Source of the DNA: Carpediemonas membranifera BICM
Lineage: Eukaryota > Protista > Fornicata
Reading direction: 5' to 3'
NCBI GenBank assembly: GCA_019828565.1
Contig: JAHDYR010000025.1
Location: forward strand, 1-64,000
Length of the DNA: 64,000 nt
Made by a program: the position numbers and the translations under genes. Under the pieces are notes generated by a model. It saw only the letters and a program-made list of their open reading frames with translations, searched no databases and was not told the DNA's origin. Below, one piece after another: positions 33,530 through 43,726 of this stretch (its first letter is position 1; every line of letters starts with the position of its first letter).

Positions 33530-34104
33530 ACGCTCCTTGTTGTACGCGAATGAGGCGACGTCACCACTCCCTACAACGGCGCCAGGATGTGGTCAAGGGG
33601 GAATTTGCACTGAGTCACGTCGAACTGGTTGCGGGCGACGTTGTTATCGTGACGGTGAAAGAGTGAGGGGATCGGTCTGCCCCCGCCGCTCTCTCCATGG
33701 CACTCTCCCCCGTGCGCCACCCCTGATCACTACGTCTGGACCACTATTCTTCCACGGCGTTCTCTCCCTGGCGTTCTCATAGGCAATCTTCTTCTTGCCT
33801 TCCTGATGTTGATATTAATTGTTTCTGTGTACACAAGCTTGCTAATGTCATTATAAGCTTCACGTAGTACTAAATCGTCTTGTATTCCCGGTATTATCGT
33901 CCATATGGCTGAGCATGAATAATGATGTTGATTACAAAGGAGGGAGAAGCTGGTAGTGGCTCTAGAGCAGACAACGTTAAATGTGCAGCACGCATAGAAC
34001 AACAGTCCCCTGAATATTACTGTAACTGATCATTCCACGGATTTCGTTTGCGACAGCGATCGCAAAATTGTGCACTTTACGGCTGACAACAGAGAATCGT
34101 CTGC

Positions 34105-34893
34105 ATGTACGAAAAAGTCGCGTATTCACTTGCTGCTATGCATGCCATGACAAGATATAAGATTGCACCTGAGGAGGTGAAGAATTCTCATCGCCAATGC
34201 GTCAAGGACGCTGTTCTCGAAGCCTGGCTCTCATCTTCGGCTGGTTTCAAGTGGGCAACAACTCTGATTGACGAATTGAGCGCTGCATACAAAGGCTCAA
34301 TCACATACAACCTCCAGAGCCTTCTCTTCAGCGTTTTCCCCGAGGAAATGACGGACCCGCGTGCAACGAACGACATACTGCGTGTGCATAAGCTGCTTGG
34401 CCCAATCATAGGGCAGACCGTCTTCTTGGCCTCCATCTGCAAGACTGATAGCATCTCCATCACGCGCGATCACTTCATGTCTGTGTCCTCACCCGTGCCT
34501 TTGTCATTGGATGATCGCAGAGCCGCATACGTGGCTCATACCTTCCCGAGTGTCTGGTCGACACTGGTCGAGGCCCTGATGATCGGCAGCATCGACCAGG
34601 CGATCTTTGCTGATATCTGCCTCGCCATTTTCGAGGCTCCCGATCCGCAGTTCGCCGACACGAAGAAATATGCGCAGCTGACTGATACCTGTCTCTCGTA
34701 CGCAGTGGAGAGTGTTACTGACAGGGATACTGAGCATAACAGCTGTAAGGTGAAGTGGTTCGGTTACCCCATCCCGACCTCTGCTCCGCTGTCCGAGTAC
34801 AAGCAGTTTACGAATGAGACTCATGTGTCGAAGCGTGGCAGAGGTGTAGACAGTGGTTTTGTTGGGAAGGGACGCAGACTGAACCAGAAATAA
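34105..34893 (+). CDS. Hypothetical protein
   Basis: 262 aa ATG-initiated ORF starting 24 bp after a GTGCACTTTACG motif; no recognised domain. Confidence 0.55.
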   Translation: MYEKVAYSLAAMHAMTRYKIAPEEVKNSHRQCVKDAVLEAWLSSSAGFKWATTLIDELSAAYKGSITYNLQSLLFSVFPEEMTDPRATNDILRVHKLLGPIIGQTVFLASICKTDSISITRDHFMSVSSPVPLSLDDRRAAYVAHTFPSVWSTLVEALMIGSIDQAIFADICLAIFEAPDPQFADTKKYAQLTDTCLSYAVESVTDRDTEHNSCKVKWFGYPIPTSAPLSEYKQFTNETHVSKRGRGVDSGFVGKGRRLNQK

Positions 34894-35502
34894 ACCATTT
34901 TGGGTGTGATACCGGCTTTGCTTCGCTTTGGCCGCCAGCGCCATCGTGAGTCATGACCTCCTGGCGGATGGCAGTCTCGACGGGAGCTTGAATGCCTCGA
35001 GGTAGCCCTGATCCCCAACCTAATGCGAAGACGTGCAACCCGGCGGTAGCCAGCCGGAGCTGAGCCGAAAGTTGCCATCTAGATGCCCCGACGGAGTGTA
35101 CGGTGGTTCGTGAGGCGACTGTTCCCCTCATGCCGTCCATATAGGCATCCGCGCTGGCGTATCCTGCTGAATCCTTCGCCCCAGAGCTCATATCGGTTTC
35201 TTCAGAACGAAATTCTAAAGAAATGTTCGCGGGTATGCCTGATCATCGCGCGTCGAAAGACAGCAGGAACGTACCCTACAGCTCAGGTTGAAGTAGGCTT
35301 GGCTTTGGTTCAACTGATAAATGCGCCATTGCTCCGTTTATATCATCCAATGTTAGGATGCCTTGCTATGATGATATACCGGTCACTACGCTTCTGGGCG
35401 ACGGTGGAGGCTGATGGTATGGCAGCGCAGGGGCATGAAGCGGGTCAGAGGGGTGGGTAGTCAAGGGATACTGACCGATCTTGGAACTTGGATGATCGTT
35501 GA

Positions 35503-35676
35503 GAACCAGATGAACTTGAGGCAGTGGTGGAGGAGGAACTCGCGGTCCGTGTGGGGCAGGGTCTCGCCGACGATGAAGGCCATGGAAGAGGCGGCCTGGG
35601 TCATCGAAGGGACCTTGACGGGGTCAGCCCAGTTGTAGTAGAGGTGGGAGGCGTTGTACGCGAATGAGGCGACGTC
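35503..35676 (-). pseudogene. Second copy of the PIWI C-terminal fragment
   Basis: Same as 29485-29655, ending ...HHCLKFIWF. Confidence 0.75.
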
Positions 35677-36371
35677 ACCACTCCCTACAACGGCGCCAGG
35701 ATGTGGTCAAGGGGGAATTTGCACTGAGTCACGTCGAACTGGTTGCGGGCGACGTTGTTATCGTGACGGTGAAAGAGTGAGGGGATCGGTCTGCCCCCGC
35801 CGCTCTCTCCATGGCACTCTCCCCCGTGCGCCACCCCTGATCACTACGTCTGGACCACTATTCTTCCACGGCGTTCTCTCCCTGGCGTTCTCATAGGCAA
35901 TCTTCTTCTTGCCTTCCTGATGTTGATATTAATTGTTTCTGTGTACACAAGCTTGCTAATGTCATTATAAGCTTCACGTAGTACTAAATCGTCTTGTATT
36001 CCCGGTATTATCGTCCATATGGCTGAGCATGAATAATGATGTTGATTACAAAGGAGGGAGAAGCTGGTAGTGGCTCTAGAGCAGACAACGTTCAATGTGC
36101 AGCACACATAGAACAACAATCCCCTGAATATTACTGTAACTGATCATTCCACGGATTTCGTTTGCGACAGCGATCGCAAAATTGTGCACTTTACGGCCGA
36201 CTGCCTGGGAAGGTATCGACTCGAAAGGATAGGGGCGTCTCTGTCTACCCTCACAGATGAATAAATGAATGTATATATGCCTGTCTGGGCATCAGCGCTG
36301 TCGTTCAGGCCAATCTCGCTCGCAACCGAGCTTGAAGCAACGTCGACTCCTTTTGTCAATTTACTCATTAC

Positions 36372-38223
36372 TCACTCGCTCGCCGTCTCCAGTTTGCTCA
36401 CACCGGAGTATACTGCGGCGTGCTCACCCTCAATCAGAATAACGCCATCGAAGTCCGACTCATGACAGGCCTTGACGACAGCAGCGCGGCTTCTCAGTGT
36501 CATCTTCTTGATGCGGCCACTCGCCATGTGTAGAACCGCATCGCTTATCCAATGGCCTTGCTTTTTTGCGTTGTCAATGACGAGCACGGTCTTCTTGTTG
36601 GCGTGTGCCCATGTCCGTATGGCTTCTGTCGTGAGGTACAGGCTCTTCTTATCGAAAAGCTCGTCGGGCTCGAACCAAGTGCCGTGGAATACGACTGACT
36701 TCTTCGCCCACGCGGTCAGTCTCGCTCTGAAACCGGCAATGGCGTTATCGTCCAAGTCCGTGTTGTGAACAAGGTAGTGAAGGGCGTGTGCGATGCAACT
36801 CCCATCTGGAGGCACGTTGTGTACATCACAGAAGCGCTTGATGTCTGCCATTGCACGAAGGTTGTCATAGCCTCTCTCAGGCTCAGGCTCAGCTGGCTCG
36901 CTGACGCTAAGATCTATGATATCAGCACACGGCACACACTCTTTGTTGTTGGCCTTCTCGGGCTCCGTCTGGGTGTTGGCTTCGCATGTCTTCACTGTCT
37001 TCACCTCCGACTCGCCCTTCTTCTCATTTGCCTCACCCTCGTCCTCCTTCTCCTCAGGCTCATCATGCACCTCTGTCACCTCCTCTACCTCGCCCTCCTC
37101 CTCCTCGTCTGACTCCTCTGAGTTGCTATCGACATCAGCGATCTTCTGAGGGATTGTCATGAGGGCCTTGCGCTTCATGTGGATTGTGTCGCTCTTCCCC
37201 GTACGGCGGGGGGTACTCGTTCGTGCTTGGTGTGTGCCCGACTGGGGTAGGTCGCGGCGAAACGGCGCGGGTGTCGGGCTGGCACCGATGGAGATGTCAG
37301 CTGCGTATCCCACGTCTTGCAGCAGCCTCGTGACGGTCTCCTCCAGCTCGAGTACTCTCTTCTGCGCCTTGTGATGGAGCACTCGTGCCTCCATCGGAAG
37401 AGATGGGAGGTCTTTGTGAATCCAGTCCTTCATTTCGAGCAGCTTGGATACGCGAAGGTATCTGTCGAACTGAACGTCGACGTGGTTGTCCCCAGCAACC
37501 GCAGCTGACTCTCGAGAGGCGCGAATGCGAAGCTCGCCGTGCACCTCCTTCTGGACTCTATGCCACAGGACGTAGTTGCGAGCGTTATTGTCCTCCCACT
37601 CCTTGAGCTTCTGGGCGATCTTTCTCTCGCGCCGGCGCTTGATCGCGCGTTCTCTAATCTCATCGTCGGACTCGTTGTCAAAGTCCACCTCACTCTCACT
37701 GTCGCACAACTCAGAATCGTCGACGCCGCTCTCTTCACCACTGTCCACGCCACTCTCATCGTCGACGGGTTCTTTCTTAGCGCTCTCGGCCTTGCCCTTG
37801 CCCTTGTCCTTCTCCTCGGCGTCAATGGCCTCAATAATGGCCTTACGCGCCTTGCGCTTCTCCTGGCTATACACGATATCAGCCTGGTTGTCGTCAACCC
37901 ACTTCGCCAGCGCGCCGAGCTTCTTGGAACTTCTTGGTCCTGCGAGTGCCATAAACTGCTTCTTCAACTTATCCTGGAGCTCTTCCTTCTCGTCCTTCGT
38001 GAGGCGGAATTTCGTAGTGATATGGTTCAGGTTGATTCCTATATAAGCATTGCTATGACTACAAACGCTTCCTGATCACTAGATCGAGCAGTTTCCGTTC
38101 ATCCAGCAAAACCGCGCGAAGGACAGCACATTTGGCATGATTGGTGGTTGCCTTGGTGTATGCAGCCAATATCGCATCGTACTGTTCCTTGCTAGCGCTC
38201 TCAATCCACTTTAGCAAGTCCAT
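36372..38223 (-). CDS. Two-exon OTU-like cysteine protease protein, paralogue of 14888-16655
   Basis: Exon 1 38223-38067 and 28 nt intron 38066-38039 splice in frame into ORF 36372-37967; VPPDGSCIAHAL and EGEHAAVY. Confidence 0.8.
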
Positions 38224-39472
38224 GTTCGGCACTATCAGCAAGAGAGCATAAAAAAATGGACATAGAGTGCCAAAAGTAATAAACTGAAACCATCCTCACG
38301 GCAACTATGTACCTAGGCGGCCTCAGTACCTCCAATACCTTCCGTATGTGCTTTTTTTGTCCGTCCCTACTTCGTCCCACGAACCAGAAAAAAGCGCAAA
38401 GAGAGGGCCCTTTGAATAATTCTATAACGGCAGCAGAGCATAAAACACGGTTCGAAAGGGCTGATTTTATGCTCTCTTGCCGTTAGTTCAAGCCGAGGCA
38501 CGCTTCGGGCGAGCTCCGGCCAAGGTGTCCAGGAGTCAGCTTTTGGGGGAAGGTCTGTGGTGCTCTAACGTACCTCGGGACGCACTGTGGAGGCCCCTAG
38601 AGTACTCGGTCATGGCATGTCAGACCAAGGGTCCCTCAAATCTGGCCCCATTCAGGATGCACCCCCTAAATGTTCCGTTGCAAGCGTCTGACGGGCGTTC
38701 TCTGGATACCGACCAAGATGGAGGTCACATGGATCAACGGACGAGTATTGCGGTATTCTGGCCATGCCTGGTACTCTCAAATCATCTATACTGCTCAGTG
38801 GTTCATTTATTGTTCATATCGTATGGTCCTGATGGACTTATGATGATTGATGTTGTTTAGGGATTATTGTTGCTTTAGTGATGCTCTGCGCCCGCCAACT
38901 GATGTTTCTTAGTGTTGTGTACATGCCTACTACGTTAAAGCCGCCAGTATTCTTTCTATTCTTAAGTTCGCCATTTCAATCTCGTTGCGAGCATAAAATG
39001 CACATTGTGAAAGGAAAGTGGGTGGTTATCTAATGGATACAGGGCAGGACAAGGTACACAAATGCCGTCCTGAGGTTTGGCATGGGATACTGATTTCATA
39101 CGTCTAAAATGGGCGGTTGGACCCGAATTTCAGAATTTCGGCATGTCCGAATTCCGAGGCAAGCGGGTAGGGTGTACAAAACCTGGCCTGGGTACCTATT
39201 AGAGCGAATAGAGAATGGCAGCACCATGGATTCGGTTTTCAGAATAATAATTGCATTTGGATCGCCATTTCAGAATTACTTCCAGCACCGGAGATTATCA
39301 TTAAATCTGGGAGTGTAACAACACTTTTAAAAAATGAAAGGTCCCCATTCACCCACTCAGGCCCTAGATCACGTATCTGAGCTCAGTTTGGGTCAATTCC
39401 CAATACTTTAGAGTTTTGTATGGTCGAAATTCTGAAATAGCAATCCAAACTGAAGCAGCAAAAACTCATCCC

Positions 39473-40834
39473 ATGGAGGCTGTAGCGGCAATAGACGAAG
39501 ATATCATGAAGCATTGGTTGAAGAATGTTCCAACCAAATCGCGTACGAACTACAACAAGCTTCTGAAAGACGTTTTGGCCAGAATTTGTCAGGAAACCGC
39601 CACAGATATCCAGAAGGGCATCGAGATTGTCCGTAGTGACGAGCTGGTAACCCATTTGCGCCGGTACCTCGCTGAGAAGCCTCTGGGGACGCAGAAGAAG
39701 ATCGTTTCGGCTGTTCAGTCTTTCCGGAACTTCGACTTGCCACACCCCGCGAAGCCGTTGTCCTGGAAAGAGGAGAAAGAGGTGTCGCCTGCATCAGTTG
39801 AGAGTCTCCCCAGCCCGTATGGCGCCATTGCCATTCTGCTCAACCAGACGGGCTGGGAGTATTCGTATCTCCAAGGTAATCTCCCCGATGCGATAGACCT
39901 TACCTCGTGCCCGAGCTGGATGGGCTTTGGCACGCTCAAATCGGGATTCCCGCAGGCCAGTGCTGTATCGGAGGCGCTCAAGGTTCAGGGGTTGACGGTT
40001 CGCATGCTTCGCTTTGCGCAGCGGATCGACGTGTCCACCGATAGGATGCAGTCTATCGGCACGCTAGAGCGCCGCGGCAGACCGCAGGAGAAGCCTCAGA
40101 AGGTCATTAAGGACAAGCGCATCAGCCTGACCGATGAGCAGTTCAGGCATCAGTTGGCGTCCAGTCACTTAACGACCACGCGGCGCCCAACGATCCTCGA
40201 TCTCAACCCGGAGATCCGAAGCTCTGCCGACCTGGTGCCGCCGACGCTCGATGACTGGCTTTACAAAAAGCTCAGGATGAGGATGGTCCAGCTCCACGAC
40301 CAGCGTAAGCCCGAGGGGGGCGACACGGGAGAGGGCGAGTCTGACGATGAGGCGCTGTTTGACGAGACAGCTGGCGAGGCAGAGATGCCGGAGACCGTGG
40401 TGGAGGGCGAGTTTGACGAGACAGCCGGGTTGGAGATGCTGGAAGGAGAGTGGGAGGATGAGGAGAGTTCAGACAGCGATGCCGAGGATAGCCTCGTCGA
40501 TAACCTGTCATTTCTTCAGTCACAACAGGTTGAGTGTGATATGTCTGAGAGAGATACCGATGAGGGTGTCCGTAGCGGGGCCAATGGAAGTGGGCTCGCT
40601 CCGCTCTATGACTCTATGAAGACCAGGGTGCCCAGCAGACGCATTCGCCTTCGCCGCTATCACGAGAGCGAGTCAGACTTGGGTAGCAGCAGCGACAGCG
40701 AGGACGGGATGCCGAAGCTGCCCGATGAGGCCTTTCAGCACATCCGTGATGCCGGAATGACAACTGTGAGGCTGACGAGGGCCGAGTATGACGGCGTGAT
40801 GGAGAAGAGAGAGCAGGAAAAGCATCAGAAGTAA
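39473..40834 (+). CDS. Intact YR-like/acidic-tail protein
   Basis: Uninterrupted ORF; SRTNY, IVSAVQSF, ILLNQTGWE and VRMLRF; C-terminal half nearly identical to 12381-13115. Confidence 0.65.
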   Translation: MEAVAAIDEDIMKHWLKNVPTKSRTNYNKLLKDVLARICQETATDIQKGIEIVRSDELVTHLRRYLAEKPLGTQKKIVSAVQSFRNFDLPHPAKPLSWKEEKEVSPASVESLPSPYGAIAILLNQTGWEYSYLQGNLPDAIDLTSCPSWMGFGTLKSGFPQASAVSEALKVQGLTVRMLRFAQRIDVSTDRMQSIGTLERRGRPQEKPQKVIKDKRISLTDEQFRHQLASSHLTTTRRPTILDLNPEIRSSADLVPPTLDDWLYKKLRMRMVQLHDQRKPEGGDTGEGESDDEALFDETAGEAEMPETVVEGEFDETAGLEMLEGEWEDEESSDSDAEDSLVDNLSFLQSQQVECDMSERDTDEGVRSGANGSGLAPLYDSMKTRVPSRRIRLRRYHESESDLGSSSDSEDGMPKLPDEAFQHIRDAGMTTVRLTRAEYDGVMEKREQEKHQK

Positions 40835-41065
40835 ATGAACGAAGTAAATATGTCGTGGGAATGACTCAAACACTGACTAAGCCATCGAATTGGCGCAGCT
40901 GACCCCATATTGTTGTTAAATGACCACAAAGCATTCGCTTATGCACAATTAGCTGCCAGAAAGAACACTACCGTTACTTTGGATCATTCCAGTTCGCCGG
41001 AGATGACGCAGGTCCAGAACGCTGCCTTGGAGGGCTGGTGAAGCGGTAGTGTAGCGCTTACTCAC

Positions 41066-41239
41066 CAAGCGGGCGATGGTCTCGACGGGACGGTTGACGG
41101 TCTTAAGGTGGCCCTGCTCTTCGACGTACCAGGCGGACATGCCGATGACGGAGCGGCGCTGACCCTGGCGGACGTTATCCTCGCCCTGGGTGAAGCTGTT
41201 CTTGCTGAAGTACACGTGGATACCGATGGTGAGGCAGGG
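41066..41239 (-). pseudogene. Captured PIWI-domain N-terminal fragment (exon-like)
   Basis: PCLTIGIHVYF...RRSVIGMSA resembles PIWI MVVGIDVYH...RSVAGFVAS; 174 nt flanked by CTACAG and GTGAGT. Confidence 0.6.
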
Positions 41240-42119
41240 CTGTAGCATGGAGGCCGAGAAACCATAAACTGCACGGATCCACAAACGTGGATTGGCCTGA
41301 ACGACAGCGCTGATGCCCAGACAGGCATATATACATTCATTTATTCATCTGTGAGGTAGACAGAGACGCCCCTATCCTTTCGAGTCGATACCTTCCCAGG
41401 CAGTCGGCCGTAAAGTGCACAATTTTGCGATCGCTGTCGCAAACGAAATCCGTGGAATGATCAGTTACAGTAATATTCAGGGGATTGTTGTTCTATGTGT
41501 GCTGCACATTGAACGTTGTCTGCTCTAGAGCCACTACCAGCTTCTCCCTCCTTTGTAATCAACATCATTATTCATGCTCAGCCATATGGACGATAATACC
41601 GGGAATACAAGACGATTTAGTACTACGTGAAGCTTATAATGACATTAGCAAGCTTGTGTACACAGAAACAATTAATATCAACATCAGGAAGGCAAGAAGA
41701 AGATTGCCTATGAGAACGCCAGGGAGAGAACGCCGTGGAAGAATAGTGGTCCAGACGTAGTGATCAGGGGGTGGCGCACGGGGGAGAGTGCCATGGAGAG
41801 AGCGGCGGGGGCAGACCGATCCCCTCACTCTTTCACCGTCACGATAACAACGTCGCCCGCAACCAGTTCGACGTGACTCAGTGCAAATTCCCCCTTGACC
41901 ACATCCTGGCGCCGTTGTAGGGAGTGGTGACGTCGCCTCATTCGCGTACAACAAGGAGCGTTTATAAACCGAGCACATTGTCAACGACAGCCTCCATCTC
42001 TTCACGGCCAGTCGTTGCATGCATAGCAGCAAGTGAATACGCGACGTTTTCGTGCATGCAGACGATTCTCTGTTGTCAGCCGTAAAGTGCACAATTTTGC
42101 GATCGCTGTCGCAAACGAA

Positions 42120-43712
42120 ATGAGCAGCGCTAGTTCATATGAGTACACCAAGGACCTATTTATAGCGTCTTTCCGGCTCTGTTTCCATAGAACACTGACA
42201 ATCCCCGGGGATATACCCTCAATCCTCAAACTCGCCTTTTTCAACCACTTCGACGAAGAAATGCCCTCGAGTGTGGCTTTTGAGATCCCCAACAGAGCAA
42301 GTGTTGATGTTGTCCAAATTAGCTTTGCAGAGCGCCAAATGATGGAAGCCATACTGTCAATGATTCCCCCTCTCAAACCATCCGCGCAAGCCCTCCTCGA
42401 CTGCGCCCGCTCCATCCTCACAGACGGCCCCCCGCTTTCCATGAACATCCCATTGGCTCCAGGTCAGGAGCTCCCCGTTGCCCTTCACACGCTCAACCAG
42501 GGCGCGGTGTGGGCGTGTCTGATGGGTGCTGGGGCCAACCCAGACCTCGAGGACATGGTTCTGAGGCGGTGTCAGAGCCAAGGCCCAGGCGAAATCGAGA
42601 TGCACAGCAAGATCCGCCGCATTTTCACTCCAGACGACAAGTGTCTCTGGTTCCTCTGCCGCAAGTTCCACTTCTCGCTGAACGTCGCCGAGAAGGACGG
42701 TGAGAGCTTTCAGTGCAATGCGTACGATAGATGCTACCACCACCGCATGTACATGGGCCGACTCTTCATGCTCGACACTGAGCACCACGCCGCCCTCACC
42801 AGGGCCAGAATGCCCAGGGCCCTCAAGGTTTTCAGCGATGATTCCACCCAGATCGCCAAGACGCCCAAGGGCCTGTGGGCCTGGGGCAAATGCCATCGGA
42901 ATGACAAATCCAGGTTCTCTGCCCCGTTCCGCCTCACCTTCCCCGAATGCCCCAGAGTATCCCACCTCGAGGCCAGCCTGCCCCCCTGGGAGAAGCACAG
43001 GATGGTGGTCGATGTATCACTATGGGCAATAGAGGCCTTTATACTCACCCCTGTCGGCACTATCGAATCAAGAGGGCCTGGGAACGTCTTCAAAGTCGCT
43101 TTGCCGACAGGATTTGTTCCTGATCACATCCTACATGGATTTAAGACAACTATCCTCTCCATGGGCGATCGTCAAATGATAAGCGGTTGGAACGGCTGTG
43201 GACGGTTGGGTCTTGGGCACAAGAAGAAGCTTTCTGGCTTCATTGACCTTCCCCATCCGGTGGAACAGATCATATTTTGCGATTATAACAACTTTAGCAT
43301 CTTCGAGAGTGACAACCGATTGCTATTTGCTGGCAGAGTTCCTGAATACCTTGAATCGTTTGTTGATTTGTATGAGGGCGAGAAATGCGTCACACCAACC
43401 CATATAGAGCTGCCATATCTGCGGACGAAAGGATTCTTCGCCGGGGAGGCGTGGGTCATCTGGGTCACTGAAGGCAAGAGTTATGTCTCGTGCAATTTTG
43501 GTGGCTTAGACAAGTTTTATGTCCCCTTTGAGGCCAGATATGCTTCCATAGATGGCGATCTAGTCGAGAAACCTGCTGATGGCTGCAAATTCTGCAATTC
43601 AGCCGGCCAATGGCTCGAAGTAGTGCGCGTGGCTTCCTTCGTGGCCGAGATGCGTGAGTGTGAGTCGCCCAGAGGTGTTGAAGTTGACACGATCGATAAT
43701 GTAAAGACGTAA
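42120..43712 (+). CDS. RCC1-like beta-propeller repeat protein
   Basis: GLWAWG, ISGWNGCGRLGLG and LLFAG RCC1-type repeats. Confidence 0.7.
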   Translation: MSSASSYEYTKDLFIASFRLCFHRTLTIPGDIPSILKLAFFNHFDEEMPSSVAFEIPNRASVDVVQISFAERQMMEAILSMIPPLKPSAQALLDCARSILTDGPPLSMNIPLAPGQELPVALHTLNQGAVWACLMGAGANPDLEDMVLRRCQSQGPGEIEMHSKIRRIFTPDDKCLWFLCRKFHFSLNVAEKDGESFQCNAYDRCYHHRMYMGRLFMLDTEHHAALTRARMPRALKVFSDDSTQIAKTPKGLWAWGKCHRNDKSRFSAPFRLTFPECPRVSHLEASLPPWEKHRMVVDVSLWAIEAFILTPVGTIESRGPGNVFKVALPTGFVPDHILHGFKTTILSMGDRQMISGWNGCGRLGLGHKKKLSGFIDLPHPVEQIIFCDYNNFSIFESDNRLLFAGRVPEYLESFVDLYEGEKCVTPTHIELPYLRTKGFFAGEAWVIWVTEGKSYVSCNFGGLDKFYVPFEARYASIDGDLVEKPADGCKFCNSAGQWLEVVRVASFVAEMRECESPRGVEVDTIDNVKT

Positions 43713-43726
43713 AGCTAAGTATTTCT

